Origin: an uncultured delta proteobacterium
GTDB lineage: Bacteria; Desulfobacterota; Binatia; UBA9968
DNA length: 64,000 bases
Reading direction: 5' to 3'
NCBI GenBank assembly: GCA_963804165.1
Contig: CAWDPO010000025.1
Location: forward strand, 64,001 to 128,000
The notes under the pieces are model-generated. The model made no database searches and was not told where the DNA came from. It worked only from the letters and a program-made list of their open reading frames with translations. Made by a program: the position numbers and the translations under genes. Shown piece after piece: positions 51,283 through 61,263 of the stretch; the stretch's first letter is position 1, and each line of letters opens with the position of its first letter.

Positions 51283-51318
51283 AAGAGCCGAGAGCCAAGC
51301 CCTCGGCTCTTTTGTTTT
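51283..51318 (+). terminator. Intrinsic terminator between carD and ispD
   Basis: AAGAGCCGAG-N9-CTCGGCTCTT followed by TTGTTTT. Confidence 0.75.
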
Positions 51319-51324
51319 GACCTG

Positions 51325-52026
51325 ATGAAACACGTTACCGCGATCGTGCTTGCCGCCGGTGAAGGCCGCCGTATCGGGGGTGAAGTTCCTAAGGCCTACC
51401 TATCGATAGCCGGCCGTCCATTGGTGCTCCGAACTTTGGATCGAATGTTCTCGTCACAAGCCGTGAAAAACGTCGTGCTGGTGGTTGCCGCCGTCGAATT
51501 GACGCGCTGTGAAACCATGTTGCGCGCTGATCCGGCGCTGCAAGATCGCGCTTGGCTTCTGCAAGTCGGCGGCGCGACTCGCCAGCAGTCGGCGAAGCGC
51601 GGTTTGGAAAAAGTTAGCTCCGATACCGACATCGTAATCATACACGACGGCGCGCGCCCGTTTGTATCCACTGACCTCATCGATCGGTGCGTTGAAACCG
51701 CGCCAATCAAAGGCGCGGTGGTCCCCGGTCTACCGGCGAGCGATACGATCAAAGTGGTGTCGGATGATCGTTGGATTCGACGTACTCCCGAGCGAGGCAC
51801 CTTGTGGGAGATCCAAACGCCGCAAGTTTTTGAACGGGAGTTGATTGTGGCGGCCCATGAACGAGCTGAAAAAGATCGGGCTGAGGTTACTGACGATGCG
51901 ATGGTGGTCGAGCGAATCGGCAAGCCCGTATTCGTTCTCGACGGTGAAAAAACGAACTTCAAGATTACGGTGCCGGAAGATGTGTGGCTCGCCGAAACTC
52001 TAATTCGGGAAGGATGCGTGCCTTAA
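51325..52026 (+). CDS. ispD: 2-C-methyl-D-erythritol 4-phosphate cytidylyltransferase
   Basis: LAAGEGRR, IHDGARPF, QTPQVF, TDDA and NFKITVPED motifs. Confidence 0.95.
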   Translation: MKHVTAIVLAAGEGRRIGGEVPKAYLSIAGRPLVLRTLDRMFSSQAVKNVVLVVAAVELTRCETMLRADPALQDRAWLLQVGGATRQQSAKRGLEKVSSDTDIVIIHDGARPFVSTDLIDRCVETAPIKGAVVPGLPASDTIKVVSDDRWIRRTPERGTLWEIQTPQVFERELIVAAHERAEKDRAEVTDDAMVVERIGKPVFVLDGEKTNFKITVPEDVWLAETLIREGCVP

Positions 52027-52835
52027 ATCGCTTTTTTTTGCAGTACGTCGTTGAGACTGCCGCTGCGGAATCCCTGCAGATCGACGCTCACGTAATCGAA
52101 GCCTACCTCTTTGAATTTATTCACGATGGCGTCTCTGATGGCCTTATCGAAAATCCGGTCGAGCTCGTTCTGTGAAACTTCGATTCTTGCCAGATCGCCG
52201 TGGTAACGCACGCGAAACTCGCGAAAACAAAGTTTCTTCATGAAAACTTCACAGGCACCCACCTGACGCAGCCGTTCGAGGTTGATTGCGGTGCCGTAGG
52301 GGAAACGCGAGGAGAGGCACGGGCTTGACGGTTTGTCCCACGTCGGCAAATCGAGTTCGCGGCTGTAACGCCGGATATCCTCTTTAGTCATCTCTGCTTC
52401 GACCAAGGGATGGCGCACGCCCCATTCATCCGCGGCTTTGAGTCCCGGTCGATGATCCTGTAAGTCATCTAAATTTGTTCCGTCAACGATCGTCTGTATG
52501 GCAAGTTTGTCGGCTTCCGCGCGACAGATGCGATACAGTTCATCTTTGCAGAAGAAACAACGGTTGACCGGATTCTGCGCGTACGACGGATTTGCCAACT
52601 CATGGGACTCAAGGACAATGTGGCGGCATCCCAAGCGACCGGCAAATTCTTTGGCAGCGTCGAGATCCCATGGCGGCGCACTGGGTGAAGATGCCGTCAA
52701 TGCCACAACCCCGTCACGAAGCGCCAGATGCGCGGCTTTGAGCAGGAAAGTCGAATCAACGCCGGCAGAAAACGCGACTAACAGCGATTCCTGTTCGCGA
52801 AGGAGCTGCGTCAGGCGTTCGAATTTTGCGTCCAT
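52023..52835 (-). CDS. larE: LarE-family ATP-dependent sulfur transferase (PP-loop)
   Basis: [43 protein letters not shown] and GFRSGSLN motifs. Confidence 0.9.
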   Translation of the reverse strand: MDAKFERLTQLLREQESLLVAFSAGVDSTFLLKAAHLALRDGVVALTASSPSAPPWDLDAAKEFAGRLGCRHIVLESHELANPSYAQNPVNRCFFCKDELYRICRAEADKLAIQTIVDGTNLDDLQDHRPGLKAADEWGVRHPLVEAEMTKEDIRRYSRELDLPTWDKPSSPCLSSRFPYGTAINLERLRQVGACEVFMKKLCFREFRVRYHGDLARIEVSQNELDRIFDKAIRDAIVNKFKEVGFDYVSVDLQGFRSGSLNDVLQKKAI

Positions 52836-53764
52836 CGTTTGTCGCTAAAGAGATCGGTGCTCAAATAATGCTCACCCTTGTCAGCAAAAATCGTGACGAC
52901 GACATGGCCTTTGCCTAAACTCTTTGCCACCTTCAGAGCCGCGCAGCAAGCGGCGCCGGAAGAGATGCCGACCAGCAACCCTTCCTCAGCCGCCAAGCGT
53001 CGCGCATGTTTCGTCGCTTCTTCGTCGCTAACGGTTAAGATCTCGTCGAGAATTTGGCGATTCAAAACCGCTGGTATAAAACCGGCGCCAATTCCTTGTA
53101 TCTTGTGAAACCCCGGCTCTCCTCCGGAGATCACCGGCGATGCGCTCGGCTCCACGGCGCAAATTCGCACGCCACTCATTTTCGCTTTCAGGACTTCCCC
53201 GACTCCGGTGATCGTGCCGCCAGTTCCCACGCCCGAGACAAAGGCATCGATACGTTTGAACTGCTTCAATAGCTCAACGGCAGTGGTTTTGCGGTGCGTT
53301 TCCGGGTTCGCCGGATTGTTGAACTGCTGCGGCATGAAGTAGTCGCTATCTTGTTGGAGCAGCTCTTCGGCTTTGTGGATTGCGCCACCCATTCCTTTCG
53401 TGTCGGGGGTTAAGATCAGTCGCGCGCCATAAGCGCAGAGCAGGCTGCGGCGCTCTTCGCTCATGGTGTCGGGCATCGTCAAAACCAGCCGATAACCTTT
53501 AACCGCTGCGATCAGCGCCAAGCCGATTCCGGTATTTCCACTGGTGGGCTCGACGATGGTCGCTCCCGGCTTGAGTTTTCCTTGGCGCTCCGCCGTTTCA
53601 ATCATATTCAGGCAGATGCGATCTTTGACCGAACCGCCCGGGTTGAACGACTCCATTTTGGCCCACACTTCCGCGTCGTTCTTTCCGGGAAGTGATCTCA
53701 GTTTAACCACGGGGGTGGAGCCGATTAGGTCCAGAACGGATCGGGCGCCATTCAAGTTTGCCAC
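52811..53764 (-). CDS. cysK: Cysteine synthase
   Basis: [29 protein letters not shown] and HKIQGIG; start taken at GTG 53764. Confidence 0.95.
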   Translation of the reverse strand: MANLNGARSVLDLIGSTPVVKLRSLPGKNDAEVWAKMESFNPGGSVKDRICLNMIETAERQGKLKPGATIVEPTSGNTGIGLALIAAVKGYRLVLTMPDTMSEERRSLLCAYGARLILTPDTKGMGGAIHKAEELLQQDSDYFMPQQFNNPANPETHRKTTAVELLKQFKRIDAFVSGVGTGGTITGVGEVLKAKMSGVRICAVEPSASPVISGGEPGFHKIQGIGAGFIPAVLNRQILDEILTVSDEEATKHARRLAAEEGLLVGISSGAACCAALKVAKSLGKGHVVVTIFADKGEHYLSTDLFSDKRWTQNSNA

Positions 53765-53846
53765 AGTCCTGCTCGTCTTTCGTGTGAGGGGTGTGAAATT
53801 AGAATTTCCGTCGCCCAAATGCTATATTTTCAACTCGTTAAAGTCA

Positions 53847-54878
53847 ATGAAATCGTTTCCACAGGAGGCCGCGAAGTCAGCTCAGCCGCGGATATGTGTG
53901 CTGTTTCCGGGGGCGCTCGGTGATTTCGTTTGTTTGCTGCCCGCGCTTCAATCGCTCACCCGTGAAGCGGAAGTGGATCTATTCGCGCGCGCTGACTTTG
54001 CCGACCTTGTCCCCGCGCGAGTTGCGGTTCGGTCGCTCGAGCGCCCCGAAATACGTATGCTTTTTGTCGATGAAGCCATAGAGGAAGAAGCGCTGCATGA
54101 TTTCTTCACCGGTTACACAGAGATCTATTCCTGGCTCGGAAGCCGGCAACAACAGTTCGTTCGACGGCTGCAATCGGTGTCACGCGGCAAAGCAAAAGTA
54201 TTTCCTTTTCGACCGATAACCGGGAGGATTCACCAGACCGATTACTATTTGCGCTGTCTGAATGACGACACCCCCGAGGGGTGCGACCCGGTGATTGCCC
54301 TCTGCAAAGAAGGAGTTCGCTGGTGTGACGCTTTCTATACGACGCACGCGCTTCGTCAACGTCCGGTCTTGGCGCTTGCGCCGGGCAGTGGCGCGCGAGA
54401 AAAAAATTGGCCGGAAGAGTTTTTCATTACCATAGCCGAATGGTGGCGCAATACCGTCCAAGGAAATGTTGTCTTGCTCCTCGGACCGGTGGAGGAAGAG
54501 CGGGACGGTTACGAACGATTGCGAAGCCGGTGTGTGACAGCGAGCGGTTTTCAGTTATTCCAGGTTGCGGCCCTACTGCACCGCAGCCACGTTTATCTGG
54601 GGAACGATAGCGGCGTATCTCACCTTGCCGCAGCCGTGGGCGTTCGCACGGTCGCGCTGTTCGGTCCTTCGGATGTCCGGCAATGGGCACCGCGCGGGAA
54701 AAGGGTAACGATACTCGACCGAAACATCGAGTGTTCTCCCTGCGAGGTCGTGACCATGAAGGCTTGTTCCCATCGAGCTTGTTTAACGACATTGTTCCCC
54801 GCAGAAGTCATCGACGTTCTGACGCAATTGCCGGAGGTCGTTACCTTGACAAGGACGGGGGCAGGGATTACAGTTTGA
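53847..54878 (+). CDS. Glycosyltransferase family 9 (LPS heptosyltransferase-like)
   Basis: GALGDFV, APGSG..KNWP and GNDSGVSHLAAAVG..VALFGP motifs. Confidence 0.9.
   Translation: MKSFPQEAAKSAQPRICVLFPGALGDFVCLLPALQSLTREAEVDLFARADFADLVPARVAVRSLERPEIRMLFVDEAIEEEALHDFFTGYTEIYSWLGSRQQQFVRRLQSVSRGKAKVFPFRPITGRIHQTDYYLRCLNDDTPEGCDPVIALCKEGVRWCDAFYTTHALRQRPVLALAPGSGAREKNWPEEFFITIAEWWRNTVQGNVVLLLGPVEEERDGYERLRSRCVTASGFQLFQVAALLHRSHVYLGNDSGVSHLAAAVGVRTVALFGPSDVRQWAPRGKRVTILDRNIECSPCEVVTMKACSHRACLTTLFPAEVIDVLTQLPEVVTLTRTGAGITV
54846..54874 (+). promoter_or_regulatory. Sigma70 promoter inside the 3' end of the GT9 gene
   Basis: TTGACA-17bp-TACAGT. Confidence 0.7.
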
Positions 54879-54880
54879 CT

Positions 54881-55034
54881 CAAGAGTATTTCCAAATATC
54901 GCGCGACAACACCGATTCAAGACTGAGGCGTGCCCAGATTGTGCCCAAGGTTGGCGCACATTAAGATCCATTCCACGCAGAACGACGCCTGGGAGTTCAG
55001 CGGCAAGCGGGCCGCGCGGTCCCAGGCTTTTTTT
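54881..55034 (+). ncRNA. Candidate structured leader or sRNA ending in a terminator-like stem
   Basis: Downstream of the promoter: hairpin TGTGCCCAAGGTTGGCGCACA, then GCCTGGGA..TCCCAGGC followed by T7. No known riboswitch consensus recognised. Confidence 0.4.
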
Positions 55035-55056
55035 CGCGTGAATTCAGGAGTGAATC

Positions 55057-55488
55057 ATGGCTAGCGACGAAGAGAAACAAGAAAGCAAGGGATTTACCGT
55101 TCAAGATAAGCGGCGGTTCTCGCCCGATACCGGGGAGGCACGAAAAGACGCTCCCGAGGAGAGCAGCACAACGGCCAAGGCTGCCGAGCCGCACGATCAG
55201 GCTACCGAAAATCTGCGGGACACCGAGAATGAGCCGTTACCCGAAATAAATTTTTCCACCTTCGTCATCGGCTTGAGCACGCAGGCGCTGATGCATTTGG
55301 GAGAAATCGACAATCCGATCAGCGGAAAAGTTGAAACTGATGTGTCGGTGGCGAAGCAAATGATCGATATCCTGGGTATGCTCAGGGACAAAACACGAGG
55401 TAATCTCAACGCCAGCGAAGATCGCTTGATGGAGGACATTCTCTTCGATCTTCGCATGAAATACGTCGAAGCGGTCAAGAGGCGATAG
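55057..55488 (+). CDS. DUF1844 domain protein
   Basis: GFTVQDKRRF, LPEINFSTF, ALMHLG and IDILGMLRDKTRGNL motifs. Confidence 0.9.
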   Translation: MASDEEKQESKGFTVQDKRRFSPDTGEARKDAPEESSTTAKAAEPHDQATENLRDTENEPLPEINFSTFVIGLSTQALMHLGEIDNPISGKVETDVSVAKQMIDILGMLRDKTRGNLNASEDRLMEDILFDLRMKYVEAVKRR

Positions 55489-55497
55489 GAGTTTTCG

Positions 55498-56994
55498 ATG
55501 AAGTTGACAAACATTTGGGGTGGTGGTGTGAGCTTCAAGGGGGGCGTCTTGATCGCTTTGGTGTCCCTCGCGGTTGGGCTTGGTATCAGCGGCAGCTTGG
55601 ATTGGTTGGTACCTAGCCGGGCGGTGAATTTTATGGGCGATGCTGGCACTCCCGAAATGAGGTCGTCCGGCGGTTTGCCTGATTTCGTAAATCTCGCGAA
55701 AAAGATGAAGCCGCTCGTCGTCAACATTTCGACGACACAAATGAGCGAAGCGCGCGGCCCACAACAAGAGTTTGGCGGCCCGTTTGGCGAGGAGGATCCG
55801 TTTAATGATTTCTGGCGGCGCTTTTTTGGCGGGCCGCAGCCGCGCGGTCCGCAGCGCCAGCGCAGCCTGGGTTCCGGTTTTATTATCGACAGCGACGGAT
55901 CTATTTTAACCAATAACCACGTCGTCGAGAATGCCAGCAAGATTGTCGTCAAGTTGTCCGACGACCAAGAATACGAAGCCAAGGTTGTCGGTCGGGATCA
56001 AAAAACCGACATCGCCGTGATCAAGATCAACGCCAGGGGGAATCTTCAGGCTGCGAATTTCGGCGACTCGGACAAACTCGAAGTCGGTGAATGGGTCGTC
56101 GCCATCGGCAACCCATTCGGCCTCGACAGTACGGTGACATCTGGAATCGTCAGCGCGAAAGGCCGGCACATCGGTCAAGGACCGTACGACAACTTCATTC
56201 AAACGGATGCGTCGATCAATCCGGGCAACTCTGGCGGACCTTTGCTCAATTTACGCGGCGAAGTGATCGGTATGAACACGGCCATCTTCAGCCGCACAGG
56301 CGGTAATATTGGCATCGGTTTCGCGATTCCTATCAATCTCGTCAAGGAAGTCCTGCCGCAATTGCGCGGTAAAGGTAAAGTCACGCGCGGCTATCTGGGC
56401 GTGTTGATCCAGAAGGTCACTCCGGAAATCGCCGAGAGCCTGGGCATGGAAAAAGGCTACGGCGCGCTGGTCGCCAACGTGTCCAAGGACGGCCCCGCGG
56501 ACAAAGCGGGAGTGAAGGTCGGCGACGTCATCATCGAATTCGACGGCAAGGAAGTCAAAGACTCCGGCGACCTGCCGATTATCGTCGCGCGCACGTCGGT
56601 GGATAAGAAGGTCAGGATGAAAGTACTGCGCGACAAGAAAGAAATCGCACTTAGCGTCGCGGTCGGGGAGCTCAAAGACGAAGAAGTCGTGGCCAGCGCA
56701 CCGGAGAAAGGCGAATTGGGGCTCACGGTTCAGAGGCTGACGCCGCAAATCGCGGAAAGCTTGGGATTGGAAAAAGCCGAGGGGGTGGTTGTTGCCGCAG
56801 TCGAACCGAGCAGCGCCGGCGACGAAGCGGGGATTCGTCGCGGCGATATCATTCTGGAAGTCGACCGTAAAGCGGTTCGAAACGTGGACGAGTATAAGAA
56901 AGCAGTCGCCGGAGTGCGCAAAGGACGCGGAGTTCTATTTTTGGTGCGGCGCGGCGATAGTACGCTTTTCCTAGCGCTCAAACCGCAGCGCTAA
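55498..56994 (+). CDS. DegP/DegQ (Do) family serine endoprotease with two PDZ domains
   Basis: LGSGFII, TNNHVV, DIAV and QTDASINPGNSGGPL motifs. Confidence 0.95.
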   Translation: MKLTNIWGGGVSFKGGVLIALVSLAVGLGISGSLDWLVPSRAVNFMGDAGTPEMRSSGGLPDFVNLAKKMKPLVVNISTTQMSEARGPQQEFGGPFGEEDPFNDFWRRFFGGPQPRGPQRQRSLGSGFIIDSDGSILTNNHVVENASKIVVKLSDDQEYEAKVVGRDQKTDIAVIKINARGNLQAANFGDSDKLEVGEWVVAIGNPFGLDSTVTSGIVSAKGRHIGQGPYDNFIQTDASINPGNSGGPLLNLRGEVIGMNTAIFSRTGGNIGIGFAIPINLVKEVLPQLRGKGKVTRGYLGVLIQKVTPEIAESLGMEKGYGALVANVSKDGPADKAGVKVGDVIIEFDGKEVKDSGDLPIIVARTSVDKKVRMKVLRDKKEIALSVAVGELKDEEVVASAPEKGELGLTVQRLTPQIAESLGLEKAEGVVVAAVEPSSAGDEAGIRRGDIILEVDRKAVRNVDEYKKAVAGVRKGRGVLFLVRRGDSTLFLALKPQR

Positions 56995-57017
56995 GCGTCA
57001 TTAAGATTGCCAATCGC

Positions 57018-59396
57018 TTGACTCAAAACGAGGTTCGGAGGTTGCCGGGCCTCGTTTTGTTGCTTTTGGGCCGCTTCTGCGCGAAAATCAATTTTACCTT
57101 TGGGGCGTTGGGTTTGATTAAGTCCAAACTGCGAATTTTTAGCCTATCACTCGTTGCACTCCTGGTCATTACCTCCAGCGGCCTCGTTTTCGGGGCCTGG
57201 TACCTAAAACGCCTGGAAGATACTGTCACGGAAAAATTTGAAGGGCGGAAATGGGTTTTCCCGTCGAAAATCTATTCGGACAGCTTTCTTCTTTACGTCG
57301 GCATTAGTATCCGTCTCGACGATCTGGCCGAAAAACTGCGTCGGCTTGGCTATTTCGAAAGCCTGGCGGAACCTAGGATAAAGGGAGAGTACCGCATCGC
57401 CAAATCGGACAACCTCATCGAAATCTATCTGCACGACTTCGATTTTCCGACCGAACGATTTAGCGGCGTTCCCGTCCGCGTTTCGTTCCAGGGTACCGTG
57501 GTTACACGGATCGAGAATATGGCGACCGGGAAAGAGATGTTTTCTCTGGAACTCGACCCCGAGCTTATGACGGGTCTTTATGAGAGGATTTGGCAGGAGC
57601 GAAAGGTCGTCAAATTGACCGACGTGCCTCCGCTTGTCGTCAGGTCGATTTTAGCGGTCGAAGACGAGCGCTTCTATAGCCATCACGGCATCGATCCAAT
57701 CGGTATCCTGCGGGCCATGTGGGTCAATCTGCGCAGCATGAGTTTTCAGCAGGGTGGCAGCACGCTCACGCAACAGTTGATGAAAAACTTTTTTCTCACC
57801 GACGAGCGAACGATTAGCCGCAAAATTCCGGAAGCCGTCATGGCCCTGATTGCGGAGCGCAAATACCCGAAGGAGACGATTCTCGAAAATTACCTCAATG
57901 AAATCTATTTAGGCCAACGCGGTTCGCAGGGAATTTTCGGCGTGTGGGAGGCGTCGCAGTTCTACTTTTCGAAGCCCCTTGCCGATTTAACGGTAGGAGA
58001 AACGGCGCTCTTGGCGGGACTGATCCGCGCGCCCAATCGAGTGTCGCCCTACCGCAGCGCCGAAGCAGCGACCCGTCGGCGCAACGTGGTGTTGGCCAAG
58101 CTACTCGATGACCGGATCATTACTCGCCGGCAATACGACGCGGCGCTGCGCGAAAAACTGCCGCAGCGAGCATTGGTGAAAGTTACCAATGACGCACCGT
58201 TCTACGTCGATTATCTGCGGCGCGAGCTCGAGGAAAATTATTCGAACGCGGAGCTTACCAAGGAAGGCTTGCGGATCTTTAGCGGTCTCGACTTGAACAT
58301 GCAAAGAATGGCGGAACGGGCGCTGGTCGAAGGTCTTAAGAAGCTCGAAGCGACCCACCCGGCCCTGCGGCGAAAGAGTGACGATAGCCTGGAAGGGGCG
58401 ATTGTCGTCTTGCGGCCTGGTACCGGCGAGATCAAGGCGATGGTGGGTGGCCGCAACTACTCGAAGTCGCAATTCAACCGGGTGTTTCAAGCCAAGCGCC
58501 AGCCCGGATCGGTTTTCAAACCCTTCGTGTACTTGGCCGCGCTGATGTACGGAGGCCAAAGCGGCGTCAGATACACACCCGAAACGATCATCAACGACAG
58601 TCAGTTCACGTGGAGCTACGATGGCAAGGATTGGCAGCCGAGCAATTACAATAACGAATATTTCGGCGCAGTGACACTGCGCCGCGCGTTGGAAAACTCG
58701 CTCAACTCGGCGACGGGGCGAGTGGCGCAGGATGTCGGCATTCGGCGGGTGCGCGAACTCGCGCACCGTATGGGCATCCAAAGCCCGCTTCCGGCTGTGC
58801 CTTCACTTGCTTTGGGCGCGGCCGAAGTCACGCCATTGGAAGTCGCGGTAGCTTTTTCGACCTTGGCGAACGGCGGCGTACGCCCGCGCCCGCTCGCCGT
58901 GAGGAACGTCGTGGATCAGAATTCGCACCTTTTGGAAAAGCGCGACGTTCGAAGCCAACAAGTCATTAGTCCGCAGATGGCCTACATGATGAACGAACTC
59001 CTCAAGGGTGTGTTGGACCGAGGCACCGCAGCGATGGCGCGACGATGGGGATTTACCCGCCCGGCAGCCGGGAAAACTGGCACTACAAACGATTACAAAG
59101 ACGCCTGGTTCGTGGGCTACACGCCGGATTTGCTCGCCGTGGTGTGGGTGGGATTCGACGGTCCGAGTAAACTGGGTCTATCAGGCGCGGAGGCAGCCCT
59201 GCCGATTTGGACTGAGTTTATGAAGAACGCGACCGTCAATATGCCGGTGACCGACTTTGTCGCGCCCGCGCCAATGCCGGACACCGATGATGGCGTTCCG
59301 GGCAAGTGCGGACCGACGTCGCCGGACGGCGGAGCGGGAATTAATCCCTGCCCACCGGCGGCGGTGCCAACTCGCGCGACTACTGATGCGCTTTAA
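57018..59396 (+). CDS. mrcB: Class A penicillin-binding protein, PBP1B-type with a UB2H region (start uncertain)
   Basis: EDERFYSHHG, GGSTLTQQL, RK, YLNEIY, QPGSVFKP, SLN and KTGT; UB2H-like segment after the TM helix. Confidence 0.9.
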   Translation: MTQNEVRRLPGLVLLLLGRFCAKINFTFGALGLIKSKLRIFSLSLVALLVITSSGLVFGAWYLKRLEDTVTEKFEGRKWVFPSKIYSDSFLLYVGISIRLDDLAEKLRRLGYFESLAEPRIKGEYRIAKSDNLIEIYLHDFDFPTERFSGVPVRVSFQGTVVTRIENMATGKEMFSLELDPELMTGLYERIWQERKVVKLTDVPPLVVRSILAVEDERFYSHHGIDPIGILRAMWVNLRSMSFQQGGSTLTQQLMKNFFLTDERTISRKIPEAVMALIAERKYPKETILENYLNEIYLGQRGSQGIFGVWEASQFYFSKPLADLTVGETALLAGLIRAPNRVSPYRSAEAATRRRNVVLAKLLDDRIITRRQYDAALREKLPQRALVKVTNDAPFYVDYLRRELEENYSNAELTKEGLRIFSGLDLNMQRMAERALVEGLKKLEATHPALRRKSDDSLEGAIVVLRPGTGEIKAMVGGRNYSKSQFNRVFQAKRQPGSVFKPFVYLAALMYGGQSGVRYTPETIINDSQFTWSYDGKDWQPSNYNNEYFGAVTLRRALENSLNSATGRVAQDVGIRRVRELAHRMGIQSPLPAVPSLALGAAEVTPLEVAVAFSTLANGGVRPRPLAVRNVVDQNSHLLEKRDVRSQQVISPQMAYMMNELLKGVLDRGTAAMARRWGFTRPAAGKTGTTNDYKDAWFVGYTPDLLAVVWVGFDGPSKLGLSGAEAALPIWTEFMKNATVNMPVTDFVAPAPMPDTDDGVPGKCGPTSPDGGAGINPCPPAAVPTRATTDAL

Positions 59397-60210
59397 GATT
59401 GTCGCCCTCGCCCCGGCTCCTGCGCGGCGTCTGAACTACGTCCTGGCGGCAACCATTGCGTTGTCGGTGGCGCTGGGCGCGTGCGAACCACGGCGAGTCT
59501 ATCGGATGCCTGTTCCGCCGGGCGGTAATACAACGCTGGGGCCTCGCATTCCGCCGGCGCCGGCGCCGACTCCTCCGACCCCGCCAGCGGAGGTCGCACG
59601 GAAGCCGCTGGCGCAAGAGACAAAGATTCGCGAGCAGGATTTAAAGCAAGGGCCGGTGTCACCGAATTCGCCTGGGCGGGAGACGAAAGATCCCACCCGG
59701 CAAGCCAGTATCAATGAAAGCCGCACCACCCCGGATTCAACCGTGGCGCCCGTGCCAGCACCACCGCCGCTTCCGGACGATAGCTCGCTGCTCGCCAAGA
59801 TCACGCCTGGAGTCTCGCCGCAGCGCGCCGCATCACTGCGCCTGACCGACGAGGGTAGCAAACTTCTCGATGCCGGAGAGCCCGCCAAAGCGCTCACGCG
59901 GTTGGAAAAAACTATCGTTATCGATTCCTCGAATCCCTATGGGCACTTTTACTTGGCGAAGGCCCAGTATCGTTTGGGGCGCTACCAACAGTCGCTCAAT
60001 TTCCTCGACGTCGCCGAGTCGCGTCTCAGCGGTGAGCCCTTTTGGTTAGCTGAGGTCCATGCGCTACGCGGGGAGAACTATCGGGCGCTGGGACAAGGGC
60101 AGAAGGCGGAATCGAGTTATTTGCAAGCCCTTCGTCTAAACTCCGGTAACCGCACGGCCGTCGACGCTCTCCCCCGTTTGCAAGCCGAAACCCAACCGGT
60201 CAACAAGTAA
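59386..60210 (+). CDS. Lipoprotein with a Pro-rich linker and a C-terminal TPR domain (LpoP-like)
   Basis: Lipobox ALGAC, PPAPAPTPP linker, TPR helices (ALTRLEKTIVIDSSNPYGHFYLAKA); overlaps the mrcB stop codon. Confidence 0.8.
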   Translation: MRFKIVALAPAPARRLNYVLAATIALSVALGACEPRRVYRMPVPPGGNTTLGPRIPPAPAPTPPTPPAEVARKPLAQETKIREQDLKQGPVSPNSPGRETKDPTRQASINESRTTPDSTVAPVPAPPPLPDDSSLLAKITPGVSPQRAASLRLTDEGSKLLDAGEPAKALTRLEKTIVIDSSNPYGHFYLAKAQYRLGRYQQSLNFLDVAESRLSGEPFWLAEVHALRGENYRALGQGQKAESSYLQALRLNSGNRTAVDALPRLQAETQPVNK

Positions 60211-60221
60211 TCACCTTTGTC

Positions 60222-61220
60222 ATGTTAGTTCTCGGCGTTGAAACCTCCTGCGATGACACCGCCGCCGCAGTTCTGCAAGACGGACGGACGATACTCGCGA
60301 ACGTTGTATCGTCGCAGGACCAAGTGCACGGGCCCTACGGCGGCGTGGTGCCGGAGCTCGCCTCGCGGCAGCATATCAAAAATGTTCTGCCGATTGTCGA
60401 CGGCGCTTTACGGAAAGCCGGCGTAAGGTTGCGGGATTTGGATGGCATGGCCGTCACCTACGGACCCGGGCTGGTCGGCTCCTTGCTCGTCGGGTTATCG
60501 CTGGTCAAGGGAATGTCGTTTCGCTCGGGGATTCCTTACGTCGGCGTCAATCATCTCGAAGCGCATCTTCTGGCGATCCATCTTGAGCACGAGGTGCCGT
60601 TCCCGTATATCGCGCTGCTCGCATCAGGCGGCCACACGCTGCTCTATTACGTCAAAGAAGTCGGCGACTACGTCCATCTCGGCGGCACCCGCGACGATGC
60701 CGCCGGCGAAGCCTTCGACAAAGTTGCCAAGATGATGGCGCTTGGATATCCCGGCGGACGGATCATCGACAACCTCGCGAAAACCGGCGATCCCAAAACT
60801 ATTCGTTTCCCGCGCGCCCGGTTGAAAAAATGCGCGTACGAGTTTAGTTTCAGCGGGATCAAGACCGCCGTGTGGCACTACCTCAAAGCTCAAGCCGCAG
60901 AGGAGGGAAAAACGCCTCAGGCCGATATCGCCGCGAGCTTTCAGGAGGCGGTTGTGGATATGTTGGTGAATCCGACGGTCAAGGCGGCGGTGGCTAGCGA
61001 CGTCAAGCGAATCGTTCTTTCCGGCGGCGTGGCGGCGAACAGCCGGCTGCGCGCGAGAATGACCGAAATGGCGGATAAGGAAGGGATGCAGGTCTACTTT
61101 CCGGCGCCCAAGTTTTGCACGGACAACGGGGCGATGATCGCTCTGGCTGGCTATCATTGGCTCAAGCGCGGCCGTCGCGATGACTATCGCCTCAATGCCG
61201 ACGCTGATCTGACGCTCTAA
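60222..61220 (+). CDS. tsaD: tRNA N6-adenosine threonylcarbamoyltransferase
   Basis: LGVETSCDDT, GGVVPELASRQH, HLEAH, SGGHT, DDAAGEAFDK and CTDNGAMI motifs. Confidence 0.97.
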   Translation: MLVLGVETSCDDTAAAVLQDGRTILANVVSSQDQVHGPYGGVVPELASRQHIKNVLPIVDGALRKAGVRLRDLDGMAVTYGPGLVGSLLVGLSLVKGMSFRSGIPYVGVNHLEAHLLAIHLEHEVPFPYIALLASGGHTLLYYVKEVGDYVHLGGTRDDAAGEAFDKVAKMMALGYPGGRIIDNLAKTGDPKTIRFPRARLKKCAYEFSFSGIKTAVWHYLKAQAAEEGKTPQADIAASFQEAVVDMLVNPTVKAAVASDVKRIVLSGGVAANSRLRARMTEMADKEGMQVYFPAPKFCTDNGAMIALAGYHWLKRGRRDDYRLNADADLTL

Positions 61221-61225
61221 AAACC

Positions 61226-61254
61226 GTTCAAATGTTCAAGGTTCAACAGTTCAA
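61226..61254 (+). repeat. GTTCAA x4 short tandem array
   Basis: Copies at 61226, 61234, 61241 and 61249, in the tsaD-rsmA spacer. Confidence 0.85.
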
Positions 61255-61263
61255 GGGATCGTT

